Of a stretch of DNA of 64,000 nucleotides, positions 18,735-27,799 are shown one piece after another. This DNA is from Bdellovibrionales bacterium (GTDB taxonomy: Bacteria > Bdellovibrionota > Bdellovibrionia > Bdellovibrionales > JAGQZY01), in contig JAGQZY010000001.1 of the NCBI GenBank assembly GCA_020435205.1, positions 58,229 through 122,228 on the forward strand. Direction: 5' to 3'. The first letter of the stretch is position 1. The number at the start of each line of letters is the position of its first letter. The position numbers and the translations under genes are program-made. The notes under the pieces are model-generated. The model worked only from the letters and a program-made list of their open reading frames with translations. It searched no databases and had not been told where the DNA came from.

Positions 18735-19433
18735 TCACTTTGTAGTGAGGAAGTCGCGACACCATTCCGTGACCGTCTTGGCGGCGGGGCCAATGATGGT
18801 ACGATCAAAAATTTCTGATATGGGAGTTTCTTCAGTATTGAATTCAACTTTGTAGCAGCTTCCCTTGGTCCAATTGACAAAGCCAGCGGCGGGATAAACG
18901 TTGCCAGAAGTGCCAATGGACAAAAAGACATCACAATCGCTGAGGAGCTCTTCGATTTCTGCCATGTGCATGGGCATTTCACCAAACCATACGATGTCGG
19001 GGCGAAGGGAGCTATGGATTCCTTTAGGGTGAGGGGTGGTTTCGTCGAGGTCATCTTGCCAAAAGAAACTTTCTCCAGTTTGCAAACAGCGGATCTTTTG
19101 TAGTTCCCCGTGCATATGGATGATGTTCTCGCTTCCGGCCCTCTCATGGAGGTTGTCTACATTTTGTGTGATGATATGGAAGGAACCTGGGTAGCTTTTT
19201 TCAAATTCAGCGAGTGCCTTGTGGGCTGCATTAGGTTGAATGGCAGGGTCTAAAAGTTGGGCCCGTCGCAGATTGTAGAACTCGTAGACCAGCCGTGGAT
19301 TGCGAGCAAAGGCTTCAGGTGTGGCGACCTCTTCAATGTGGTGGCCCTCCCATAGGCCATCTGCGCCGCGGAAAGTCTTTAGGCCGGAGTCGGCTGAAAT
19401 GCCAGCTCCTGTGAGGACGATGATTTTCTGCAT
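18735..19433 (-). CDS. cobB: NAD-dependent protein deacylase, sirtuin class III (CobB-like)
   Basis: LTGAGISADSGLKTFRG...; the Zn-binding Cys appear reduced; ITQNVDNLHERAG; HG. Confidence 0.85.
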   Translation of the reverse strand: MQKIIVLTGAGISADSGLKTFRGADGLWEGHHIEEVATPEAFARNPRLVYEFYNLRRAQLLDPAIQPNAAHKALAEFEKSYPGSFHIITQNVDNLHERAGSENIIHMHGELQKIRCLQTGESFFWQDDLDETTPHPKGIHSSLRPDIVWFGEMPMHMAEIEELLSDCDVFLSIGTSGNVYPAAGFVNWTKGSCYKVEFNTEETPISEIFDRTIIGPAAKTVTEWCRDFLTTK

Positions 19434-19612
19434 AGCAAAATTACAGAAGTTTTGTGGGCTAAAGTCAAAACAAAACCCATTTTTTGCAATTGTGAGCTGG
19501 ATTATAAATGCAAGATCTCAAAAATATTATTATGATCTCAAGTCTGTGAAAGATAAGAACAGCTATTGATGCTGTTAAAATGGTTTGTTGAATACATTTG
19601 AGGGAGGCTTCG

Positions 19613-20635
19613 GTGAGTTTATTATTGATTCAATTTCTATTTCCTTTGGCTATGGGGCAAGGTCTTGTCCAGCCCATCCCGGCCAAGGCGCCAACGCCTA
19701 AAGATAATCCGCAGACCAAAGAAAAAATTGAGCTAGGGAAGATGCTCTATTTTGATCCCCGCCTTTCCTATGATGGGACCGTCTCTTGTAATACTTGCCA
19801 CAACGTCATGGCCGGTGGCGAAGATGGCCGGTCGGTATCGGTCGGTGTCAATGGCCATAAAGGGGGGCGTGGGGCACCTACAGTGTGGAACTCCGCCTTC
19901 TTGTCAGTGCAGTTTTGGGATGGTCGCGAACCTTCACTAGAGGCTCAGGCCAAGGGCCCCATGATCAATCCCATAGAAATGGGAAATAAAGATCATAAAT
20001 TGGTTATCGATAGACTGAAAAAGATCCCCGGTTACGTGAATGAATTTAAAAAAGTTTTTAAAGGGAAAGATCCATTAAATATTGATAATGTAGCCAAAGC
20101 TATTGCTAGCTATGAGCGCACTTTGATCACGCCAGACGCTCCTTTTGATAAGTTCTTAAAAGGAAATAAAAAGGCCATATCAGCTCAAGCCAAAGCGGGT
20201 TGGGAAACATTCCAAAGTGTGGGTTGCACAACCTGCCATAGTGGTGTGAATTTTGCTGGCCCGACTCTGCCTGAGGGCACTGGGTTTTTTATGAAGTTTC
20301 CTCTCTATCCAAACACTCAGTACGATAAAAAATATAAGTTTACTGAGGATAAGGGTCGCTATGAAGTGACTAAAAAAGATGCCGACATGCACATGTTCCG
20401 AGTGCAAACCTTGCGTAATATTGCTTTGACCACCCCTTACTTTCATAACGGAAAGGTGAATACTCTTGAAGAGGCGGTCCGAGTGATGGGGAAAACCCAG
20501 CTCAACAAAGATTTAAGCGACAAAGAGGTATCTAATATTGTAGCCTTCTTAAAAAGCTTAACTGGAGTTTTTCCAAAACAAACCATGCCACGTCTACCTC
20601 CCACTCCAGGCGTGGTTGTCGTCGACCATAAGTAG
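19613..20635 (+). CDS. Di-haem cytochrome c peroxidase (CCP/MauG family)
   Basis: Two CxxCH motifs (CNTCHN, CTTCHS). FDPRLS...DGRE...PMxNPxEM family signature. GTG 19613 follows SD AGGGAGG. Confidence 0.88.
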   Translation: MSLLLIQFLFPLAMGQGLVQPIPAKAPTPKDNPQTKEKIELGKMLYFDPRLSYDGTVSCNTCHNVMAGGEDGRSVSVGVNGHKGGRGAPTVWNSAFLSVQFWDGREPSLEAQAKGPMINPIEMGNKDHKLVIDRLKKIPGYVNEFKKVFKGKDPLNIDNVAKAIASYERTLITPDAPFDKFLKGNKKAISAQAKAGWETFQSVGCTTCHSGVNFAGPTLPEGTGFFMKFPLYPNTQYDKKYKFTEDKGRYEVTKKDADMHMFRVQTLRNIALTTPYFHNGKVNTLEEAVRVMGKTQLNKDLSDKEVSNIVAFLKSLTGVFPKQTMPRLPPTPGVVVVDHK

Positions 20636-20646
20636 TCCTTTATGGT

Positions 20647-20688
20647 GAGCGGGGTATGCCCCGCTCCACCAAAGTCCTGTCCAGGACT
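20647..20688 (+). terminator. Tandem hairpins downstream of the peroxidase gene (probable terminator; the T-run is weak)
   Basis: GAGCGGGG-tatg-CCCCGCTC (20647..20666) and AGTCCT-gtcc-AGGACT (20673..20688), followed by T-rich gtttcattgtt. Confidence 0.45.
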
Positions 20689-20862
20689 GTTTCATTGTTA
20701 AACATCCCCTAACATTTTTGCTTCAGGCCGAGATTTTTACGACAAAAGGTCAACCATTTTCAAAATAATTCCGAATGGACTTATAACTACTGAAGTTATC
20801 TTTTAGACTAAAAGGACGACTGGTAGGTTTTGCTGATGTGAACCTCGAAAGAGGAGGCCGCG

Positions 20863-21213
20863 ATGGAATATAAGTTGTCGTCTTTTCAGTTTTCTTCGGA
20901 TATTCTCCGTGATGATAAGCATTTTACCATCATGAAGATTAATAGCATTCGCCATAAGTGCCCATCCGATGCTAATTTCACTGGCACCTTTCACCGGAAA
21001 GATAAAATCTATAGCGGTGAAATTCGAATTTTGTTTTCAAAAGGACAGTTCGTATCTCAGGCAACGGCAACGAATATGCAAGAATTACTGAGAGTTCTCA
21101 TAGACCACTTGGAGGACCAAGTGGCCTTATGGAAAGAGATTCGATTTGATCAAAAAGAAACATTTATTGATTACAATCTTCGAACCAATAAAAATAACGC
21201 CACTGGCTCATGA
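20863..21213 (+). CDS. Small protein, possibly HPF/RaiA-like ribosome-associated factor (weak)
   Basis: Strong SD GAGGAGG. The segment GEIRILFSKGQFVSQATATNMQELLRVLIDHLEDQVALWK resembles the HPF segment [32 protein letters not shown]. This is recall-based only. Confidence 0.35.
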   Translation: MEYKLSSFQFSSDILRDDKHFTIMKINSIRHKCPSDANFTGTFHRKDKIYSGEIRILFSKGQFVSQATATNMQELLRVLIDHLEDQVALWKEIRFDQKETFIDYNLRTNKNNATGS

Positions 21214-22476
21214 ATCGGCAGATTCAAAAATAGCGGCAACTCCCATACCTCCACCTGTACAGATAGAGATAAGACCTCGCCCTTTATTATGGCTCAGGAT
21301 TTTTGCCAAAGTGGCGACAATGCGAGTTCCTGTAGCTGCAAAGGGGTGGCCTAATGCCAAACTTCCACCTTTAACATTCATTTTGCTACGATCAATAGTG
21401 CCAAGAGGCTCGTTGCGACCCAAGATTTCCTTGCAATAGCCAGGGTCTTCCCAAGCTTTCAGGGTGCAGAGCACTTGTGCCGCAAAAGCTTCATGAATTT
21501 CATAGAAATCAAATTCTTGCAGTGAAAGTTGATTGCGCTCCAAAAGTTTAGAAACAGCAACAGTGGGTGCCATTAATAATCCAGCTCCAGCAATAAAGTC
21601 GACTGCCGCAGCCTGAGCATCGCGAATATAGCAGGCGACAGGTAAGCCATTTTTCTTGGCGTAGTCTTCTGAACAAAGGAAGGCTGCTGAAGCTCCATCT
21701 GTCATCGCGGTACTGTTCCCGGCGGTGAGCGTTCCCGTAGCCTTGTCAAAAGCCGGTCGCAACTTGGCAAGTTTTTCAACAGTGGTGTCGGGGCGAAGAA
21801 TTCCATCAGCTTCCACACCACTAAAGGGAGTGATTAAGTCATTGTAGAAACCTTCTTCGTAAGCCTTAGCTCCCTTTTGATGGGACTCAAAAGCCAATTG
21901 ATCTTGAGCTTCGCGAGAAATTCCCCATTCTTTAGCCATTAGTTCACAATGATCACCCATGGACTTACCGGTGCGAGGTTCAGTCACTCCGGGTGAAACA
22001 GGTTTGAAGTCTCCGGGGCGAAATTGACTGATCCTAGAAACCATTTCACCCATATTGCGAGCGCGGCTGAGTTGAATGAATTTGTCAGAGGCGCCCCGAG
22101 AAAATTCTAAAGAAACCTTGGTGTTGCTGTCGGATCCTCCCGCAATACCACATTCGATCTGCCCCAAGGCGATTTTGTTGGCTATAGCCATGGTGGCCTC
22201 TAGGCTGGTCCCACAAGCTCGCTGAATATCAAAAGCTGGAGTTTGATTGGAAAGTTTGGATCCTAATACAGCTTCACGTGCTAAATTCCAGTCGGTTCCA
22301 CTTTTTGTAATGGTACCAAGGACAACTTCATCAACTCGGTCAAGATTATAAATATCGGCCACTCTGTTGAGGGTCGCAGTGAGCATGTCTTGGTTGGTTT
22401 GCGAATACTTGGTGAATGACTTTACGAAGGGAATGCGGCTTCCCCCGATAACGGCAACTCTGCGAGTGTTTTGCAT
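21208..22476 (-). CDS. Acetyl-CoA C-acyltransferase (thiolase)
   Basis: Active-site Cys context RACGTSLEA; C-terminal NVKGGSLALGHPFAATG and ICTGGGMG. Confidence 0.9.
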   Translation of the reverse strand: MQNTRRVAVIGGSRIPFVKSFTKYSQTNQDMLTATLNRVADIYNLDRVDEVVLGTITKSGTDWNLAREAVLGSKLSNQTPAFDIQRACGTSLEATMAIANKIALGQIECGIAGGSDSNTKVSLEFSRGASDKFIQLSRARNMGEMVSRISQFRPGDFKPVSPGVTEPRTGKSMGDHCELMAKEWGISREAQDQLAFESHQKGAKAYEEGFYNDLITPFSGVEADGILRPDTTVEKLAKLRPAFDKATGTLTAGNSTAMTDGASAAFLCSEDYAKKNGLPVACYIRDAQAAAVDFIAGAGLLMAPTVAVSKLLERNQLSLQEFDFYEIHEAFAAQVLCTLKAWEDPGYCKEILGRNEPLGTIDRSKMNVKGGSLALGHPFAATGTRIVATLAKILSHNKGRGLISICTGGGMGVAAIFESADS

Positions 22477-22503
22477 AGGTCCTCCTTGGACTTTATAAAA
22501 TAA

Positions 22504-22746
22504 TTAAGATTCAGTGGTCTCTTCGGTAGGTGCTTCAGCTGAAACTTCAGCAGGCGCTTCTTCTGCCGCCGCCTCAACAGGCTCTTCCTTTTTCTTGGGT
22601 ATGCTAACTTTAATCAAACCTTCGGCGCTCAAAATTTTGACTTTTTCTTCGCCGTTGATCCATTTGCCGTCAGCCTTTTTGATAGCAAAACGACCATTGC
22701 GTTTTTTGAAAATTTTCATTTCTTTGGTTTGCTTTACAGTTTCCAT
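22504..22746 (-). CDS. Small hypothetical protein (80 aa): basic N-half, acidic Ala/Glu/Pro tail
   Basis: ATG 22746 follows GGAG at a 6-nt spacing. METVKQTKEMKIFKKRNGRFAIKKADGKWINGEEKV...EEPVEAAAEEAPAEVSAEAPTEETTES. Confidence 0.45.
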   Translation of the reverse strand: METVKQTKEMKIFKKRNGRFAIKKADGKWINGEEKVKILSAEGLIKVSIPKKKEEPVEAAAEEAPAEVSAEAPTEETTES

Positions 22747-22837
22747 TCTACTCTCCTTTAGTATCTGCACAATGGCAGGGATTTCATGGTGAACCTAATA
22801 TATAGATCTGGTCAGAGGAGATGTAAAGCGGCCCCGT

Positions 22838-23374
22838 TCAAAGGTTTGTATCAGAAGTTTCAAGCAAGGTTTTTAGTCGGTCTAGCCCCTCTTGAAGTTG
22901 TGACCCTAACCTCTGCTTAAAAAACAGACCTAACCAACGGCCGAGGGGATAGGGGAGATCACCTTTCATGCCCCAAGTCACCAGAGTTCCATCGTCCTGC
23001 TCGACAAAGCGAAAATAGGCAATAGCTTGGGAGGGGCTTGGTTTTTTAAATTCAAGTTTTGTTTCGATATATTCGCGATCAACGACCCTGGTCAGCGTCT
23101 GGCTGCCTTCGCCAATACGCTCGCCCTTCCATAGTGACTGGCTGCCGACCACTCCTGGAGTGCCTTGAAACTCAAATCGAGCCTGGGGCTCCATTTGATA
23201 CCACGGGCTCCAGTCATTCCAGTCACCGAGATCAACGATTTTTGAATAAACATCGGCGCGAGGCTTGCTAATAAAAATCACTCTGTCTACTTCAAATTGG
23301 CTGGGTAAAAAAAGAGGAACAACAAAGATTAGGGTCAGCACAAAACCAATAAGAACGCCTAGCTTTTTGATCAA
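22838..23374 (-). CDS. SRPBCC (START/polyketide-cyclase-like) superfamily protein with N-terminal TM anchor
   Basis: N-terminal TM helix. The pattern FISKPRADVYSKIVDLGDWNDWSPW is typical of the SRPBCC family. Confidence 0.5.
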   Translation of the reverse strand: MIKKLGVLIGFVLTLIFVVPLFLPSQFEVDRVIFISKPRADVYSKIVDLGDWNDWSPWYQMEPQARFEFQGTPGVVGSQSLWKGERIGEGSQTLTRVVDREYIETKLEFKKPSPSQAIAYFRFVEQDDGTLVTWGMKGDLPYPLGRWLGLFFKQRLGSQLQEGLDRLKTLLETSDTNL

Positions 23375-23442
23375 AACATCCCTCCTATTTGCTAAAGTCT
23401 AACCTGATAGGTTGGGAAAGCAATGTTTCAGGGGGCAGTGAG

Positions 23443-25122
23443 TCAGTCGGGTCGGTTGGAGCGGGCTTCTTTGCCACCACTTTGAGTGGTCGAACAAGCC
23501 ATGGAGATAGGTAGATGGTCGCTCATTAAAAAGGTGTAAGGCTTATAGGGTTCTTGGGCAAGTTTTGGATGAATGGTCTTTTGAATAGAATCTGGAAGAT
23601 CCTCATTTTGATAGAGAATTTGGCATTTTAAGTCGTTAATGATTCCATCGATAAAACTCATGCCCACACTTGGAATTTTGGCACTGTCTTTGAGTTCCGT
23701 ACAAACTTTAAATTTGCCACCATAGGCCGGGTTGTAAAGATCCGTCAGCTGCCCTTCGGAGTCTATGCGTTTGGCGTTTTCTAGTTTAGTCAATTCATCG
23801 TCGATAATCTGATCGAAGTTTTTTGGATCTAGATAATACTCAAATTTATCTGCCATAAAAAAATCAGGAGCAATAAAGTCTTCGGGCTTCGCCGTGGTGG
23901 GATCACATTCGTCACTCGCCCCATTATCTGTGGATAAAATAAAATGGTCGTAATTGTTGCCATATCCGTATCGGTTACTGAGACTGGTCTTTTCCTTAAC
24001 AAGGACTTTGGCGCCTGCCAGATTGCTGACCACATTTTTCCATAGGCGACCGCGATAGCCATCCTCCTCATAGTCGAGATTAAAGTCGCCGGCGATAATC
24101 ACATCTTTATCCTCTTCCCATTGAGCGATATCCGCAGCGGCGCGCACAGCTGAAGTGGCTTCAAAAAAACGGGCCAAATACTTAGCTTCGCCAGAAGATA
24201 TGCCACCTTCTAAAACTTCGCGAATGGTTTCTTCGGAAGCTCCCATTTCATTCATCATGTCTTCAGCCGCTTTTTGACATTCTGTTTTGCACTTGCCCTG
24301 AGAAGTTTCATTGGCGCGAAATTTTAAATGGAGAGTGATATAGTTAAAGTTGAAGTTCTTGCTTTCAAAGCGTGCAGTTAATGGGATTTTATTAAAGTAA
24401 TCCCTCCACACACCCTTGAGAGCCAGTTGGCAAGCATAGGCTTTTTTAGGCTGTTGGTAGGGGCGGATCAGAGGATTTTTCTCGTCACGACGACTAAAGC
24501 CACCTGCATCTTCGCTGTCTAGCCAATTGAGAAGTTTAATATCTTTCAACTTACCGTAGTTTTCTGCACAGTAGGCAGATTCCACAGGCTTCACTTTTTT
24601 ATATCGATAAAAATATCCAAACAATTCGCTGTCAGATCCTTGGGCTGATGGAGCCAAAATAAGACCCCAAGAAGGGTCGCGCTTTTGTAATTCTAAGAGG
24701 AGTTCTATATAGCGAGGAGCATCGTAAGTTTCTTTTGCAGTTTTTAAATCAATTTTTTCTTCTTTGAGTGCGCGCACGGCATTCAAACTCAGCTCAAGAG
24801 ACAAAGCTCTGTTGTGTTGAATTTCAGAAACAGCGAGAACATCCCAAGTCTCGTCAATCAGTTCAGCGACCCAATCGAGACGTTTGAATTTTGTCTCGCT
24901 CAAGCGAAATATATTGAAGCTGCCTAAGCGAACTGAGGTGCTGGGTTTATAGCTTCCCGACTTATGGGGATAGTAGTGAAACATGTCGTTACATTCAGCC
25001 TTTGGAGTTATGAACTCTTTGTTCCACAGGCACTCGCTGAGGGTATTCATGTCCTCTGAGCGGTGGGCTAGAGCTGCTGAAGCCAAACTCAATATAATGA
25101 AGATGAAAAGCAAATGTTTCAC
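23443..25122 (-). CDS. Secreted endonuclease/exonuclease/phosphatase (EEP, DNase I-like) family protein with large insertions
   Basis: Signal peptide MKHLLFIFIILSLASAALA. EEP motifs VRLGSFNIFRL, AVSEIQ, IIAGDFNLDYEE, NYDHFIL and, at the far C-terminus, SDHLPISM. Confidence 0.65.
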   Translation of the reverse strand: MKHLLFIFIILSLASAALAHRSEDMNTLSECLWNKEFITPKAECNDMFHYYPHKSGSYKPSTSVRLGSFNIFRLSETKFKRLDWVAELIDETWDVLAVSEIQHNRALSLELSLNAVRALKEEKIDLKTAKETYDAPRYIELLLELQKRDPSWGLILAPSAQGSDSELFGYFYRYKKVKPVESAYCAENYGKLKDIKLLNWLDSEDAGGFSRRDEKNPLIRPYQQPKKAYACQLALKGVWRDYFNKIPLTARFESKNFNFNYITLHLKFRANETSQGKCKTECQKAAEDMMNEMGASEETIREVLEGGISSGEAKYLARFFEATSAVRAAADIAQWEEDKDVIIAGDFNLDYEEDGYRGRLWKNVVSNLAGAKVLVKEKTSLSNRYGYGNNYDHFILSTDNGASDECDPTTAKPEDFIAPDFFMADKFEYYLDPKNFDQIIDDELTKLENAKRIDSEGQLTDLYNPAYGGKFKVCTELKDSAKIPSVGMSFIDGIINDLKCQILYQNEDLPDSIQKTIHPKLAQEPYKPYTFLMSDHLPISMACSTTQSGGKEARSNRPD

Positions 25123-25314
25123 GGATTTGGTATAGCGACACTCCTATGAGGCGGCAAATCATTGGCAGAAAACCCCCTTTTTTGAAAAGCTTAGGGGGTG
25201 CAAGGGGGATGGGCCTGTAATTCTTTCTCAAAACAAGAACCTAACTAACGCTATGGGCTTTCCGGTGATATCGAAAGACGAGAAATTAATTATCGTACAT
25301 ACCTAGGGGGTATT

Positions 25315-27228
25315 GTGTTTCGTATCGCTTTACTGATTCCACTCTTCTTTATGATGGCTGCGGCTAGCTTGCCAGAGTATCGTCTGCCTTCGCCCAGTGC
25401 AGAAGGGGTCGACGAGGTATCATTATTTCAACAATATTGTGGAAGTAGTGTCGATCCACAATCAGCTGAAATTCCTAGAGTGAACTACGATGATCCCTTG
25501 GTGTGGGCTGCTACAGAAAAGCTAAACACTGTCGCACCAGTCAGTATCTATCTTTATCATCATGTCATCTCAAACTATGGCTTTGCCAAAGGTGTTGATA
25601 AAGATTTTCCATGGGATGTTTATGCTAATACCGATCCTGATGACGATTATGAAAACATTTTGGAGATTTGGGATAATCAACAGTATGGTGAGAAAAAAGA
25701 TTGGGATACTGGTGAATCTGAATTTGATGTAGAGTACCTTAAACGAAAATTTGATTATGAGTACTTTCATAAAAACCCTTCCTATCGCCAGCCTAAAGGG
25801 GTTAAGGGGAATACCCACGCATTTTTGACTTATCTTTGTGGTGAGTTTCGCGATCGCCCGACCTTGATTAAAGAAAAACTCACTTGGTTTAGCCGCATGA
25901 TCAAACTTCCTGTAAAGGCCCAAGAGAAGATCAATGCATCAAAAAATTTAAAGAATATTTGGCTGAAAATTTCTGCCGAATCCTATGCCCCTTACATTAA
26001 ATTTTCTCGCGCCCTTTACGATGCGAAAGAGGCCGCAAATCGAGTGATGGTTCCTCTTGCTAACCTTAAAGTGGACAAACCGGTGCCGGCCTACACCATC
26101 TGCGAAACTAAACATATTTTTACTGAGTACGTAACTAATGGTAATAAAAAGTTTCCTGGATATGAGACCTATATGAAAGGGTTTATGGGAGATGAATTTG
26201 AAACTGGGCTGCCGGATTCAAAAAGTTATAAAATGGCAAAATGTTCTCAGGAAGATCGTGACTATTATTACGACTTCCGAGGGGATTCTAATATTAAGCC
26301 AAACTCTCCAGAATCCAATGCAATGATTTGGCAAGCCAACTCCATTATGCAGCGATGTAAGCGCAATGAAAAAGGCAAGGTCAGTCTTGATCCAAAAGTG
26401 AATAGCGAATGGTTCGATGTTGCTAACTGCTCCGGTTATATGACTAGCCCTTTTTACTCTCGTTGGAATGCAGCTCGTTCAGCACTTGTGACTTGGTTAG
26501 CCTACGACCGTCAGTTTGATGACATTTTTGCTGGGCACGGTTCCTACAGCATTATCTTTAAACCCACTTTAACCCCAGAAACCGAGCCTTTTGGATTTAC
26601 TACTAGTGGCGAAGACTACTGGGGGGTAGGATCACATCTCCTTCCTGAGTGGGTCCAAAATGCGTCCACTTACTGGACACAGTCAGATGCCGGTTTAAAT
26701 GATGTTTTTGAAATTGCTAATGGCAAAACAGGTCAATTGGTTATGGCTTACGAAAGAATCCGTAATGCAGTTGACCGCCACACAGACTGGTACCAAACAG
26801 GTTATGACGATACTCACTTTGAGCCCACACTCACGCGCACGATTGACCAAGCCTTTTCTCCCTTTGTTGCAAGCTCTTATGAAATGAGTGAGTCTGATGG
26901 TTTTACGGCTCCTGGTCTGACGGTGAGAGCTCCGGCAGACAATAAAAAGCAATGGATGTTTGTTTTTCGTGTACACAAAGATAAGTGGTACAACACAGAC
27001 ACTTTGCTAGCAGGTAAACCTCTTGACCTTAATTGGCAGTGGTTCGATGAGACTTCTTTTGGTACTAGCCATTTAGCAGATAGTGAAAGAGCTTGGGACC
27101 GTCTGGGAACAGCCCTTGAAGGTGAAATGGATAGTATTCTTTATCTACACAACATTGAACGTGGTGCTATTAAAGGAATGAGCGGAACTCCTAAAGTTTA
27201 CGATGATGGCTTAGGAGCCACTCACTAA
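25315..27228 (+). CDS. Large secreted hypothetical protein (637 aa), no family recognised
   Basis: GTG start after GGGGG. Signal peptide MFRIALLIPLFFMMAAA. Rich in Trp, Tyr and Asp. Divergent from the EEP nuclease gene. Confidence 0.5.
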   Translation: MFRIALLIPLFFMMAAASLPEYRLPSPSAEGVDEVSLFQQYCGSSVDPQSAEIPRVNYDDPLVWAATEKLNTVAPVSIYLYHHVISNYGFAKGVDKDFPWDVYANTDPDDDYENILEIWDNQQYGEKKDWDTGESEFDVEYLKRKFDYEYFHKNPSYRQPKGVKGNTHAFLTYLCGEFRDRPTLIKEKLTWFSRMIKLPVKAQEKINASKNLKNIWLKISAESYAPYIKFSRALYDAKEAANRVMVPLANLKVDKPVPAYTICETKHIFTEYVTNGNKKFPGYETYMKGFMGDEFETGLPDSKSYKMAKCSQEDRDYYYDFRGDSNIKPNSPESNAMIWQANSIMQRCKRNEKGKVSLDPKVNSEWFDVANCSGYMTSPFYSRWNAARSALVTWLAYDRQFDDIFAGHGSYSIIFKPTLTPETEPFGFTTSGEDYWGVGSHLLPEWVQNASTYWTQSDAGLNDVFEIANGKTGQLVMAYERIRNAVDRHTDWYQTGYDDTHFEPTLTRTIDQAFSPFVASSYEMSESDGFTAPGLTVRAPADNKKQWMFVFRVHKDKWYNTDTLLAGKPLDLNWQWFDETSFGTSHLADSERAWDRLGTALEGEMDSILYLHNIERGAIKGMSGTPKVYDDGLGATH

Positions 27229-27244
27229 AATAAGGGACTCTTTG

Positions 27245-27799
27245 TTACCGAGAGGCCATTGGTTTTAAGTCACCTTTTCGAAAAAAAGTGATTAATAACA
27301 AGGGAAGCATTAACAAGAGGCCACCCGTTTGGGGGCCTTTTTTATTATTGGTGGGAGCGATCATGCCGCAGCCACCCCCTCCGCCCCCAGAGCCTGAGGT
27401 GGAACCATCGGAAGCAGGATCAGAGTTGTTAAGAAACTCATCGCCGTTGCTGGTTCCATCATTGTCGGAATCCAGGTTACCAAATTGGGAATCTGCGAAA
27501 ATCGTTTCTAAGCTATTAGATCCCGTGGCGGGGAGAGAAGAGCCATTGCCGAGTCCCAGGCGGTTGGCGGCACTGCGAAAGTCCTCACCAAAATTATTGC
27601 CACTGATGGTAGCAGAGCCACCTGCGGAGCTGGTATGACAAAGAAGGCAACTTCCCTCTTTGCCGCCCACTCCAGACCCAATTCCATAGTGGGCTTCAAT
27701 AGCCAGCAAAACCCTGGAAGGATTTGTATTCATATAGGACGTCGAAGCAGAGGCCTCAGGAAGGCCAGCCAATAAAATAAAGCCTGCAGTTAAAATCAT
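27245..27799 (-). CDS. Secreted protein with a single CxxCH haem-c motif, a DxDxDG Ca-binding-like motif, a Gly6-Cys stretch and a C-terminal TM/basic sorting-type tail
   Basis: MILTAGFILLAGLPEASA; CLLCH (27635..27649); DSDNDGTSNGDEF; SGSGGGGGGCGMIAPTNNKKGPQTGGLLLMLPLLLITFFRKG. It has no SD of its own and its ATG overlaps the stop of the upstream micro-ORF. Confidence 0.6.
   Translation of the reverse strand: MILTAGFILLAGLPEASASTSYMNTNPSRVLLAIEAHYGIGSGVGGKEGSCLLCHTSSAGGSATISGNNFGEDFRSAANRLGLGNGSSLPATGSNSLETIFADSQFGNLDSDNDGTSNGDEFLNNSDPASDGSTSGSGGGGGGCGMIAPTNNKKGPQTGGLLLMLPLLLITFFRKGDLKPMASR

Noticed and set aside
18735-19433. Sir2-domain gene as a possible anti-phage defence (NADase) component
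   Set aside because: It has the size and motifs of a housekeeping class III CobB deacylase. It stands alone with no partner effector or sensor gene and no island context.
19566-19579. FNR/CRP-like site TTGATgctgTTAAA upstream of the peroxidase gene
   Set aside because: Only the left half-site matches TTGAT-N4-ATCAA. The right half has two mismatches, and its position relative to an unknown transcription start cannot be judged.
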